From contig NC_068984.1 of assembly GCF_001194135.2 (NCBI RefSeq), positions 30,497,220-30,561,219 on the forward strand: 64,000 nucleotides of DNA, written 5' to 3'. The position numbers were made by a program, and so were the translations under genes. Under the pieces are notes generated by a model. The model saw only the letters and a program-made list of their open reading frames with translations, had not been told where the DNA came from and ran no database searches. Below are positions 38,224-50,545 of this stretch, piece by piece (the first letter of the stretch is position 1; the number at the start of each line of letters is the position of its first letter). Source of the DNA: Octopus bimaculoides (taxonomy: Eukaryota).

Positions 38224-38440
38224 CCCTTTAGCATTTAAACTAGTCATATTCAGCCCAAATATTCTACCTATTTTATGCTCAAACTGGCCAAATCTGGCCT
38301 CTCACATCTACCCTACAATATCACCCTAAAATTATACAATCATATTGAAATCTCAAAGCTATGAGATAATAAATGATTAATGCAAAACATCATGAATAAA
38401 TAAGCTTTACATTTGGCAGAATAATCTGAATGTTAACGGG
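38224..38440. mobile_element. piggyBac-like MITE (217 bp)
   Basis: ccctttagcatt / aatgttaacggg imperfect TIRs; degenerate TTAA-like flanks (ataa, tcag). Confidence 0.6.
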
Positions 38441-38514
38441 TCAGTTATTTACCCTTGTATTATGGATTTGCTAGAACAGAATTTATAGATGGCGCAATAA
38501 ACAGAAAAGTAGAA

Positions 38515-38769
38515 GTAAAGTAAAGTTCCTTCCTGGGTCATACTGGTTCACAAGGGTCAGATTCCTGGTTTCCATGGCCTATTTATTCCCCACCTGGATG
38601 GCACACCTGTCCATCTCAGCATTACTCTTTTTTTGCAAGCTGAGTGGATTGGATCAATGTGAAATGAAATGTTTTGCTCAAGAACACAACATGTTGCCCA
38701 ATCCAGGAATTGAAATCACAATCTTACAATCATGAGTCCAACACCCTAACCACTAAGCCACATGCCTCC
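38515..38769 (-). mobile_element. SINE with family D head and a different 3' tail
   Basis: ccctaaccactaagccacatgcctcc is the reverse complement of the head at 301; gcaagctgagtgga core. Confidence 0.72.
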
Positions 38770-39850
38770 ATTATAAACAGAAAAAACAACATCAATTATT
38801 CTTGTCATCTTTATTGCCATGGTTGTCGTATCATTAGAATCATCTTCATTTTTTACACTTACCAATAGCTGTGGTCAAAAGAAGATGTAGAAAGAAGTAG
38901 TGACATCTGATCGAAGAGTTTTTGGCCCCAAAACAAAATGATACAATATTAGGAAGAATGGTGATATTCAGCAGTGCTACAAATCTGTTAAAGCCATAAT
39001 TGCATAGAGGATAGAAGTTAAAAGGATGTGGATGATAATGTCAACAATTATCAAGATAGCAAAAGCAGTGATGATGATGTTGACAATGAAGAAGAAAAGG
39101 TAGAAATTTTTAGGGATTTGCTCTTCACTGACAGAATCAAGGGTCTATTAAACACTACTTAAAACTCAGCATACCTTTCTACTCTCATACAAAAGAACAA
39201 AAAATTCCTTGATGATTTTTAAGTACTCAGTAACCCAAGTAATTCTGAATCCTTATATGTGAAAGTAGCTTGCTGTAAAACTGCATGTGTGTGTGTCGGT
39301 GTGTGTGTGTGTGTGTGCGCGTGTGTGTGTGTGTACGTGTGTGTGTACGTGTGTGTGTGTACGTGTGTGTGTGTGTGTGTATGTGTGTGGTTGATGCATC
39401 AATGTGTATTTGTACATTTGCCTTTTCCTGACATTTTGATGTGTACTGCTTGTTAATATTTCAATAGTTCAACAGTTGTAAGATGACATTTGCATTAAAA
39501 AAAAAACACATTTTCCAAACTGCATGCTGCTTCACACAATTACCATTCCTATCTTCACAAACCCTTTACACACTTATACTTAAAAACATTCACACACACA
39601 CACACACCCACGCACATACACACATGTACGTAAACATATATAGATATGATTGTTAGTACATCCATAAAAAATTGCATATAAATACTTATGTAGATGCTAG
39701 CATACCTCAACATACATGCACATACATATAGAGATATTTGAATACATATACACTTAAATTCATGTTATGTATAAAAATATCTCCATGCTATCGAATATGC
39801 AAATACATATAAGGTAAAAGGTAAAAAACACCCATCAGTTAGGAATTCCC

Positions 39851-39893
39851 GTGAGTGGATTTGGTAGACGGAAACTGAAAGAAACCCGTCGTA

Positions 39894-39944
<51 letters not shown>

Positions 39945-40171
39945 ATGTGTGTTTGTGTGTCTGTGTTTGTCCCCCCACCATCGCTTGACAACCGATGCTG
40001 GTGTGTTTATGTCCCCGTAACTTAGTTGTTCGGCAAAAAGAGGCCGATAGAATAAGTACTAGGCTTACAAAGAATAAGTCCTGGGGTCGACTTGCATGAC
40101 TAAAGGTGGTGCTCCAGCATGGCCACAGTCAAATGACTGAAACAAGTAAAAGAGTAAAAGAGTAAAAGAGT
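39851..40171 (+). mobile_element. SINE family C, 5'-truncated and well preserved
   Basis: Matches 61516-61872, including the internal (TA)n(TG)n and the (GTAAAAGA)n tail. Confidence 0.85.
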
Positions 40172-40382
40172 ATAAGTGAAATTATGCTAAATACTACTAA
40201 ACTGTGAACATTTCCCCCCTGGCCATATTAGCAATTCTGAAAACTTTTGGATGTGAATATTACATGAGTAGAAGCTTTTTAAAACAGTTTTTATCCTCAA
40301 AATCACCTACGTAAATTACACAGGGGTGCAAATTACATGGGTTTTTACAGTTTATGTATATATTTAATTGTATGTGTCATTG

Positions 40383-40590
40383 TGTCTGTGTTTTTCTCCG
40401 ACTGCTGCTTCACAACCGATGTTCTTGTGTTTATGTCCCTGTAACTTAGTGGTTCAGTATAAAAGAATGAAAGAATAAATACCAGGCTTAAAAAAATAAG
40501 TCCTGGGGTCGATTTGTTTGACTTGAATCCTTCAAGGCAGTGCCCTGGCAGGACCACAATCGAATGACTGAAACAAGTAAAAGAGAAAAG
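40383..40590 (+). mobile_element. SINE family C, 3' half
   Basis: tgtcYYgtaacttagtggttc...aataagtcctggggtcgatttg...gaaacaagtaaaagag. Confidence 0.75.
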
Positions 40591-41206
40591 ATGCATACAT
40601 ACATACATACTGCCTCACAGAAAATATCATGTCCATTGTTCCTCGCTCAGGTCTGAAACCAAACTGTTCTTCAGGAATCACATGTGGACACATTCTCGAC
40701 AAAACGATCTAACATGATCCTTGGAAGTATCTTCCTGGTATGTGACAGGAGAGTTATCCCTCTAAAATTACCACACACTGCTTTCGGGCCCTTACCCTTG
40801 TATACAGAAATTAGAATGGCATTTATCCATTCTTGTGGCACAGAAGATTCATTCCAAACTCGAGTTATCAGGCTATGAATTTCAGATTAAATATGATCCC
40901 CACCTGCTTTCAGAATTTCAACTGGAATACCATCCAATCCAGGAGTGTTACCTGATCTCAATTTACATAATGCCAGATTCACTTCTTCAATGGAAGGTGT
41001 ATCGTTCATGTGTTGCACTATCTCTCTTTGCAGAATGTTATGATATCCATATTCACTACAGATGGATTGTGGAAAATAGCTGCAAAGTGTTCTCTCCATC
41101 TATTCATTATTCCAGGAGGATCTTTCATAACCTCATTTCCATTTTTTGATTTCAAGAGAACATATGAAGATTGTGGTCCAAAAGCTTGCTGCAATAAACT
41201 GTAGAA

Positions 41207-41524
41207 TAGGGTGGAGTGAAAATAAAAAATTGTAGAAATTGAAAATACTTGAGAGCTCAAATGTTGCTATGTTTAATTATGAGAAAAAAGCTAAAATTTT
41301 GCTGATATCAATTAAAAGTATTTATTCCCTCAAGCCCACTAAACTGAAAATAGGAGATTTTTGTAAATTTTTTACAATAGCTGGGTTTGAAGGAAGGGTA
41401 TGAGGGAGTAAATGCTCTTGATTGATTTAAGCAAAAATTTAGTATTTTTCTAGCAATCATGAATAACAAGATTTTAGGCCTCAGGCATTTTCAGTTTTTA
41501 CAATTTTTTATTTTCACTCCACCT
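41207..41524. mobile_element. MITE with long (about 100 bp) imperfect TIRs, inserted in the RTE
   Basis: ggtggagtgaaaataaaaaattgta at the left end and tacaattttttattttcactccacc at the right end. Confidence 0.8.
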
Positions 41525-41562
41525 TAATACACATGTATGTGTGTTCAGGTATATAGATTCTG

Positions 41563-41830
41563 TTGTAAAAAATGGAAACGCTTGAGGCCTAAAATCTTGC
41601 TATATATTATTAATAGAAAAATGCTAAATTTTCGCTTAGATCAGTCAAAGGTATTTACTCCCTCAACCCCACCAAACTCTGCTATTGTAAAAGATTTACA
41701 AAAATCCCTCATTTTCAGAGTTTAGAAAGAATAAATGCCATTGATTGATCTCAACAAAAATTTAGCATTTTTCTAGTAATCAAATATAGCAACAGTTAGT
41801 CCTCAAGCGTTTTCAATTTCCACAATTTTT
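41563..41830. mobile_element. Second, end-trimmed copy of the same MITE in the opposite orientation
   Basis: Its centre (ctattgtaaaagatttacaaaaatccctcattttcag) is the approximate reverse complement of the first copy's centre. Confidence 0.72.
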
Positions 41831-43970
41831 CATATCCAGTCTTTCTTATCCATAGACTACCTGTACTTCTTCAGACACTTCTTCATGTGTCTTTAAGTCT
41901 CCTGAGTTATTTTTGCAAGTCTGCTTTCTGAGACTTGTACAACTTTTCTAGTTGCACTTTGTTCTTAATATTTGAGTCAAGAAGCTTTTCATATGTAGAC
42001 CTCTTTGTTGCTAAAAGCTCATTTATCACTGTATCATTGGAATAAAACCAGTCTCAGTGCTGTCTCCTCTGATACCATTTTATATATATTCCATCCGAGA
42101 AAGATTGCCATGAATCTTCAAAATAAACATTGCTGCATCTCTTCTGAAATAACTACAAAATTTGCAGTTGTTTAAGCTGCTCTACATCAATTTTCTTTGG
42201 TACTTGTACACCTGCACTACGAATTTTCTTGCAGACCCTGAACTTGAACTTGGCCCTAACCATTTTGTGAAAAGTATCACAATCAGCACCTCGCAATACT
42301 CTGAGACTGCGCAAATTTTGTAGTTAGCTTGCAGAGTTGATACATGACATTGCTTTGATCTTGGGTAAATCCAGGTAATTTTATGCTTCATCTTATGATG
42401 AAAGAAAGTATTCCCAACAATCAACACTAGCTCAGAGCACATTTTTAGCAGATGCAACCCATTGTTGTTTACCTTTGTTATTCTATGATGCCCAAGTACA
42501 TTCCAAGCACCATAGTCTCTACCAACACATACATTAAAGTCACCAAGCACAACCAACTTCTCATTCAAAGGGACTAACAAAATACTTCTTCTTGGCTCCT
42601 CATAAAATGCCTGGATATTTTCCTCACTATCTGAAAGTGTAGGAGCATAAATGGAGAAAACAGTTACAAAACGTCGACAAGAAAGAGGGATCCGAAGTTT
42701 CATTATGCCTTTATTTATGCTTTGTGGTTGTTCTAAGTCTCTTTGTAAATCACTTCTAATTGCAAACCCAACACCACCTTCCCTTCTCCCTTTGGCTTCC
42801 CAACCCAGAATAATATGAAACCTGCTGTTCTTTCCACAAGATGATCTTCATCCGAACACCTTGTTTCAGAAAGAGCTGCAATATCTACATCAAGACACCT
42901 TAGCATCTTAGTTACTAGAGCTATTCTTCTTTCAGGCCTATTTGCTCAATCTAAAAGGGTTCTCACATTCCAACAGGCCAGGTTAAGAGAAACCTTATTC
43001 CTTGCATACTTGTTGCTATTGTTTATATCAATTCTTTTCATTCCTGCTAAACTGAACCACCGTTAGCCGCAGTAAACTAACCAGCAGAGAAAGACAGACA
43101 ATTTTTAGTGCACCTTTTCTAGCACCTTCCCACTATATCGAAGTGAGCCACGTTCTCCTTAAAAGGGCTGCTCAAACACAGGATTCTCCACCAAAAACAC
43201 TTCCTGTCCATGAAAACATGTTAGCGATGTTAAGATAAGAACCCTGCCGCTTTATGTGCAGATTTGTAACTGTATGCTTCAAACCAATAAAATCTACATA
43301 CGTTGCCACGCCTGTATCACCGTAGGAGTTTTGAAAAGCGATGATTGCATCATGATGATTCTTTGTCAGGGACATCTGTACTTCATTAGATTTCGGTGAC
43401 AAATGGTTGTACAACACTTTTGCCACTCTAAGGTCAAACAGTAGATTCTAGTGACAAGCAAAGCAAGATGACTAATACTAAGTTGACTGCAGGTTTTATA
43501 TCAGAGTACCTTCTCCTACGCTTTTCCTCAAAAGGAGACTACAAGCCAGCAGTGGTAAGTCAAATTGAATTCAGAGTTTTATTCGCTTATATTGGTTGTC
43601 CTAATCACGGCTTCATTTCAAAACAAGATCTCAGTCAACCCCCGTCAACAGTCATGGTATTCATAGTGGTTTTATGTCAGAGTGTCCTTCTCCGAGAAGA
43701 GTTGAATTCACTAGGGCTAATGAGCCTCATCTTCACCCAACACACACACGCAGAAAAAATATATACACATGTACATATTAAAAAAAAAATAGAGATGAAA
43801 TATTTGAAATTTTTACAATTTAAAAATGTTTTTTTTTATAAAAATAAATAAATACATAGATAAATAAATCAATTCAAAATTATGAATATAAATAAAACTA
43901 ATAAAAGATATATAGATATATAAAGATATATAAAAAGAAAAAGATGTAAAAGATATAAAAATACATATGA

Positions 43971-44023
<53 letters not shown>
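43971..44023. repeat. (CA)n microsatellite
   Basis: Directly visible. Confidence 0.95.
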
Positions 44024-44029
<6 letters not shown>

Positions 44030-44253
44030 TATACACCTATGTACACATAATGTTGGATGTTGGATGGCCAGTGACTAAACATGAGCTCTTCTGCCCTTTG
44101 TCAGGTCTTATTTTTCATCCTGCAGGTTGTCCAACAATCACCCTCTTCACCAAGTAAGCTTGGTGGGGTTACCAGTTTAGTCGCTGATGACCTGACGATG
44201 CAACAGATTGTACTAGGTTACATGTTACCAGTAGGGCTCGAGAGCAACCTGAC

Positions 44254-44303
<50 letters not shown>

Positions 44304-44611
44304 NNNNNNNNNNNNNNNNNNNNNNNNNNNNNNNNNNNNNNNNNNNNNNNNNNNNNNNNNNNNNNNNNNNNNNNNNNNNNNNNNNNNNNNNNNNNNNNNN
44401 NNNNNNNNNNNNNNNNNNNNNNNNNNNNNNNNNNNNNNNNNNNNNNNNNNNNNNNNNNNNNNNNNNNNNNNNNNNNNNNNNNNNNNNNNNNNNNNNNNNN
44501 NNNNNNNNNNNNNNNNNNNNNNNNNNNNNNNNNNNNNNNNNNNNNNNNNNNNNNNNNNNNNNNNNNNNNNNNNNNNNNNNNNNNNNNNNNNNNNNNNNNN
44601 NNNNNNNNNNN

Positions 44612-44697
<86 letters not shown>

Positions 44698-46412
44698 ATA
44701 CAAATACCTAAATATGTTCAAAGGCATATAGCTGTGTGCAGACACAATACAAAAGGTGAGTACTTTGTTTCCTGCTGAGAAAAAGTTTCCTTCACTTGCA
44801 TGACAATCTTTCATCAGAACTGATACATTACCGTTTAAAAGATCACCTCTGTCATTACATGCACACATATAACACTATTGTCAGAATTTCCACATTGATT
44901 TGTTTGTTGTTTTGTTCCTTTCTCATCCGGTTTCTTCAGAATTAGGGAGAGAAAAAAATTATTGTTTCCTACTGAATATAAGTATTTACCACGAATCTAA
45001 ATTTATCCCATGTAATTTGACATACTACAGTTTGTATTGTTTTGTTTACTTGTTCGTACACAGTACTTTATATGATTTTTTCTTCACAATATAACTTCAA
45101 ACAGAGGGATTTCTTTGAACATGAATATTTGAATATTGGTGAGAATACTTTTCTTATATTTATTGTGTTATTGTTTCTTATATGTATTATTGTGAGTATT
45201 CAGAAAGCAATAAGTGGAAGTAGTCATGTTGCCTAAAACAGGCCCTCTGATTATACTCATGACATATTTCATGGAATAATAACAGATTTTGTGAGTGAAA
45301 AGGGTCTTCTTTTTAGTAAACTAATAATGACGTTATTATATACATTGCTCAGTTGGATTACAACCCATTGAAAAATGTAAGAGGGGCAGGAAAAATCAAA
45401 TATTTCAGGTAAAGAAAGATAGCAATGTTATTCAAAGTACATCTGCAGTACACGGAATAAAACACAAAATGAGAGGATAATAAAAAAACAAAACAACCAT
45501 AGAGGTAAGAGCGCCTAGATCTTGTTTTATAATTCCATTCATTCCTGGGATGCTTTATAAGAACATTACATCAACACCCAATGCTTTCCTGTTGCTATAT
45601 TTTATCGATTTCTATCAGAATTAAAGGCAAATTTGACCTCGGAGGGATTTAAGCTCAAGTTATAAAGGATTACGTGTGTGTGTGATGCTGTTCCAATTCT
45701 GCACATTCACCATGACAGACGTTTCAATCAGTGGGGTAATTACTAGAACCAAGTGAAATGGCATGATTCAATCAGGATAATAAATCCTCACAGCTAACAT
45801 CTACTAGGGAGTCAATCCCTACTTTTCGGAGCAAGTACATTACAGGTACTATGGCATATATTATATGGTTTGAATGGAAGATGAAAGGTTTTAATCATAT
45901 TTGTTTCTTATTTCTTGTGGTTACTTTATTTTTCGTTTCAATAAACACAGGATAGAAGAGTTCTGTTATCGGTATGGCATTTTATTTAATTATTATGTCA
46001 AATATTATAGAAACTTTTGTTGGGATTTAGTGTAATACCATGTTAACAATAATGTGATTACATTTCATTAGATTATCTCTTCAGTTGTCCAAAGGCAACA
46101 TTAAATTCCAAGATTCTATAAGCAGTATATGTTTAGTCTGGAACAAATCACAAATCAGACTCCCTTAACAGGTTATCAATTTGCACGGAAATTAAGTCAA
46201 CTGGGTCCATGTCAGACATATATCTGCATCTACTAGTATGAAAATTCACAATATTGATAATTATATTTATATACATTCCGTACAATGTGTTGCCTGGTTG
46301 GGAAACTTTCTTGGCCTACATAAAATTATATTTCATTCACTGATGTCTACATTTAATTTCACATTTTCAGTTAGACACCACAGCAGTTATATTACTTTTG
46401 ACATCAAGTAGA

Positions 46413-46483
<71 letters not shown>

Positions 46484-46490
46484 TATTATC
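46413..46490. repeat. (ATT)n microsatellite
   Basis: Directly visible. Confidence 0.95.
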
Positions 46491-47480
46491 ATCAACATTC
46501 CTTAATAATTTAACAGTAGCAAATTCTTGACAATGGAGATTTGGCTTCACTAATTAGGAAGAAATTTTAACTAAATGTAAGACTTTGAACTTATGTTTGG
46601 GGAAGCAATAAGTGTCACAGTATAAACTTAACATGTAAGATAAACATGTCAAAATCGAAAATCTCAAGCTTAGCTCAGAGGCCATAAACATCAGCAATAC
46701 AGTCATTAATTTAAATCAGAGACGTGAGGGTACCCTGGCAAAGTCTGTATTCAATAAAGGTCAGCAATCGTGATATTATAGCACCTACTGGGAAATCATT
46801 ATGTAACTTTCATGAGTTCAGACAGATGAACTAAGATGAAATGTCAGACAAGTTCTGGAAAGATCTAATTCATTAAAACTGAATCTTAATAGTCAATAAT
46901 TCACTACTATATACTGAGTAATAAACTATGATAAAGTAAGAATTCATAGTTATATCTGCTAATAAGGTTGCTGTTGTTGTTTAACCTCAGGTCAGTCTTG
47001 AGTGAGTTGATCTATGACCGAAGGCATTACAACTATGACCAGGCTGTCATTACAGGGGTTTCTAGGAATACCTTATGTAATGTGAATGAATCCTACTCAT
47101 AATTCAAAGTTTCATTCTTGCCCCCATACTGTTTTATTATGATATGTCTTGAGAATTACATCAAGCATAGGGAGTTATTTGTGGAATGCTCAGCTACTTA
47201 TATGTTCATTTAATGAGTAGGTGGCTCAGTTACTGAATAACAGAATGCTTATCACTGATATCAACAGAATATTTATCATTACCATATAATATGTTTTCTT
47301 TACCTACCATATTTAAGGTGATAAGGTGTCATTTGCATGAACAAAGCTTCTCCTTTGATAAAGTTGATGACGAATGGAATGAGAAACCTCAACAGAAAAG
47401 ATACAGTCAATAGTAAGTGATTAAGAGTGATTACAGAATAGTTATCAAAGCAATAAGCTGGCATCTTTTTTCCTCTTTCT

Positions 47481-47775
47481 GGTTCCAGTTGATCCGATCA
47501 ATGGAACAGCCTGCTTGCAAAATTAACATGCAAGTAACTAAGCACTCCACAGACTCATTACCCTTAATGTAGTTCTCAAGGAGATTCAGCATGACACAGA
47601 GTGTGACAAGGCTTGATCCGTTGAAATACAAGTACTACTCATTTTTGCCAGCTGAGTAGACTGGAGTAATGTGAAATAAAGTGTCTTGCTCAAGAGCACA
47701 ATGCATTGCTGAGAAATGAACTCACAACCTTACAATCAAAAACCAAATAGCCTAACTACTAAACTACATGCCTTC
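47481..47775 (-). mobile_element. Chimeric SINE: family D head and core joined to the family B 3' domain
   Basis: 47636-47775 matches the reverse complement of about 301-423; 47481-47632 matches 16767-16922. Confidence 0.78.
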
Positions 47776-48009
47776 ACCATCAAAGTAATGTACCAGTTCT
47801 AATGAGAGATTGTCATCCAAGAAATGATATACAGAAGAGATTTATTGTAAGATAAATAAAAATATTCATGTGTCTGGATGCATGCATAGTTATGTTGATA
47901 AGAAATTTTCTTTGCACCCATGTTGTTTTAAGATTGATCCCACATAGCACATTGAGCAAAGGTCTTCTGCTATGGCCCACAAATAGTCAATGCCTCATTT
48001 AAAATTGGG

Positions 48010-48830
48010 AAAACATAATCTAGAATTAAGAGGCATCAGAGTGAATTTAGCAAAGACTAAAGTTTTAGTAAATAAGAAAGAAGACAGGGATCTACTTTTA
48101 TCAGGAAAGTTGTCGTGCTCAATATAGAAAAGAAGCTGGTAAGAACTATGTATGGGATACCCAATGTAAGTTATGGATGCACAAGATTTGTAGTGAGATT
48201 ACAGGTATGATAAAGAGAAAGTAGACTTTACATGTGGCTGTTGTACAGGAGCAGTAATATTAAAAACAATTGCAAAATAGTTTCCCACTAATGCTAAGGT
48301 GGTTCTCTAGAAGAACCTGACAAATTCTTTTTGCTAGAGAAGTTTATTAGTAGTAGGGTAGAGTGTACTGAGATTGTAGTAACAAAAGAAAAGACTGTTA
48401 GGTAAAAGCTCAAAGAGCAACTAATTCTGGTGGCAACAAAAGTTTTCTCCCTCAGAGTAAAATGTAGGTTGTTAGTGAAGCATGATGATGAATGGTAGTG
48501 AGATATGACTTTCGAAAGCAAAGAATCTGCAAGAACTAGAGAGTAACAAAACCAGCATGCTGTGTTGGATGTATTATACTATTGTGCATTTATGGCAGAG
48601 CACAAAGGAACTCAGAGAAACACTGAACTTAAGCGAAATCAGCAAAGAGAAAACATCGTTGTATGGATATGTGATGCCTGTCAAAGAGAACAGCAATATA
48701 AAGCAGTAACACCTGCTCAAATGAATGGAGCCAATGGCATGGGAAACCTAGGAAGACATAGAAAGAAGTGATAGGAAACAAATCTGAAGTTGTTACATCT
48801 CATGCAGGAGATGATGAAGGACAGTATTGA
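48010..48830 (+). mobile_element. Decayed RTE LINE 3' coding region
   Basis: GIRVNLAKT, C-x-C-K-L-W-M-H-K, SMLCWM and YGYVM peptides in broken frames. Confidence 0.65.
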
Positions 48831-49021
48831 TTGGCAGTATCATGGTGTATAGGAAAATACTTGCCTGCCAAAGGCTTGGTAAAATGGACATACAAGTATG
48901 TGTATGAATATATATGTATATACACTTTTACTCTTTAACTTATTTCAGTCATTTGACTGCGGCCATGTACATACATAGGTACGTGTATGTGAGTTTATAT
49001 GTATAAACATGTGTATATATA

Positions 49022-49692
49022 CAGAATGTTCAAGCTAAATGTGATGACTTTTTATGTTTTCTTTCTTCAGGAATTGCTTGATATATTGGTAAACAGTGGA
49101 TGGCATTGGAGAGTATATAGATTGAAGTTATTGTTGAGAAAAAGTTAGTTGACTTAGAGGATGGGAAGCCATCTGAATATTGGAAAATAGTTACTTCTGT
49201 CATGATGATTCAAGCTGGGTATCAAAATGCTGAAATCATAACTGCTGCTCAATGCTCTGTAATCACTGTAAATGCTGTAAAACATGATATGGACATCCAG
49301 GTTCCCCTACACTGCAATGGTCTTTGGGTGTGTCTCCAGTGAGGGTGATATTATGCCACCCCACTTCTTTGAATAGAGCTTTAGGCTCCATTCAGACAGC
49401 TATGCAAAGCTTCTGGAGACCATGGTCAAACCCTGCTTAGGTTGCTGCTGGAGAGCTATATGTGTGGCAAGATCCAGGCTGGTGTTCAAAGATCTTCCCA
49501 AGGACACAGTGAGGAACACATGCGCCAAGTTCCAGAACTGTGTCAACTGCGGGTGGCTACTTTGAACAAACTATTATCTCCTAGCCATAATCTAGTTAAT
49601 ATTTTTTGATTTTTTTAAATATATTGTTTTTGAATGGGATAGTGTCTTCTTTTTCTTTTATCCAGTCTGTCAAATTTAGTCTGAACACCCTG
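49022..49692 (+). mobile_element. Internally deleted maT-like Tc1/mariner element with both TIRs
   Basis: TIRs cagaatgttcaagctaaatgtga / tcaaatttagtctgaacaccctg; MVFGCVSSEGDIMPPHFFE...YAKLLETMVKP...YVWQD and GGYFEQ. Confidence 0.78.
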
Positions 49693-49762
49693 TGTATATA
49701 TATATATATATATGTATGTGTATATTTATATATATATAAGTATGTGTGTGTGTATGTATCAC

Positions 49763-50161
49763 CATCATCATCATCATTATCATCGTTTAACATCTGCCTT
49801 CCATGCTAGCATGGATTGCATAATTTGACTGAGGACTGGCGAACCAGGAGGCTGCACCAGGCTCCAATCTGATCTGGCAGAGTTTCTACAGCTGGATGCC
49901 CTTCCTAATGTCAATCACTCTGAGTGTGTAGTGGGTGCTTTTACGTGCCACCGGCACGAAGGCTAGTCAGGTGGTACTGGCAAGTGCCAGTGGCACGTAA
50001 AAGCACCCACTTGGAGTGGTTGGCGTTAGGAAGGGCATCCAGCTAAAGAAACTCTGCCAGATCAGATTGGAGCCTGGTGCAACCTCCTGGTTCGCCAGTC
50101 CTCAGTGAAATCGTCCAACCCATGCTAGCATGGAAAGCAGACGTTAAATGATGATGATGAT
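49763..50161. repeat. Head-to-head pair of RTE 3' ends (about 400-bp palindrome)
   Basis: Arms 49763-49957 and 49984-50161 with (CAT)n/(GAT)n tails pointing outward. Confidence 0.9.
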
Positions 50162-50164
50162 ATA

Positions 50165-50545
50165 TACACACACATATAACAGTGTGCATATACGTCAGAG
50201 TGTAAATGATTTGAGAGAAAAACTGGATATGTGAGGCATCAGATGTAGTGTGCATGAGAGAAAAATGTACTGGTACGGTCATATGATGCATATGTATGAA
50301 AACAGAGCACCCCTGCTGAGCTATGTAAAAGTGCTTGTGCAATGTTGCATAAAAGCACTTGTGCGGTGCCACATAAAAGCACACAGCACACTCTGTAAAG
50401 TGGTTAGTGTTAAGAAAGGCATCCAGCTGTAGAAACCACGACAAATCAGACCGGAATTTTAGGCAGCACCCTAGTTTGTCAGCTCTGATCAAACTGTCCA
50501 ACCGATGCCAGCATGGACAATGGACACTAAATGATGGTGATATTG
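50165..50545 (+). mobile_element. RTE fragment (decayed C-terminal ORF joined to the 3' UTR)
   Basis: MYWYGHMMHM peptide; aagggcatccagctgtagaaacc-like and gccagcatggacaatggacactaaatgatgg end. Confidence 0.68.

Larger units (their letters stand above)
40607..43070 (-). mobile_element. RTE-clade (BovB-like) LINE, 5' half: APE endonuclease and RT start, frameshifted
   Basis: SIYAPT...LVVLGDFNVCVG...NGLHLL...GNTFF; RWREHF; PSIEEV...PGLDGIPVEILK; WINAILISVYKGKG...NFRGITLLS...EEQFGFRPERGTMDMIF. Confidence 0.9.

Noticed and set aside
43350-43440. Possible HDV-like ribozyme upstream of the RTE (tctaatg J4/2-like)
   Set aside because: RTE 5' ends can carry HDV-like ribozymes, but I could not build P2, P3 and P4 consistently by hand
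44126-44153. 28-nt micro-exon candidate (ctgcag|...|gtaagc)
   Set aside because: Splice signals are good, but there is no partner exon or recognisable peptide; expected by chance in 64 kb
44175-44225. ctgatga...caacagattgta hammerhead-like string; similar partial strings near 14270, 46060-46090 and 56055-56080
   Set aside because: GAAA, stem I or stem II is missing or mis-spaced. Only the 56055-56080 string might be a relic of the 53.6-56.1 kb cluster
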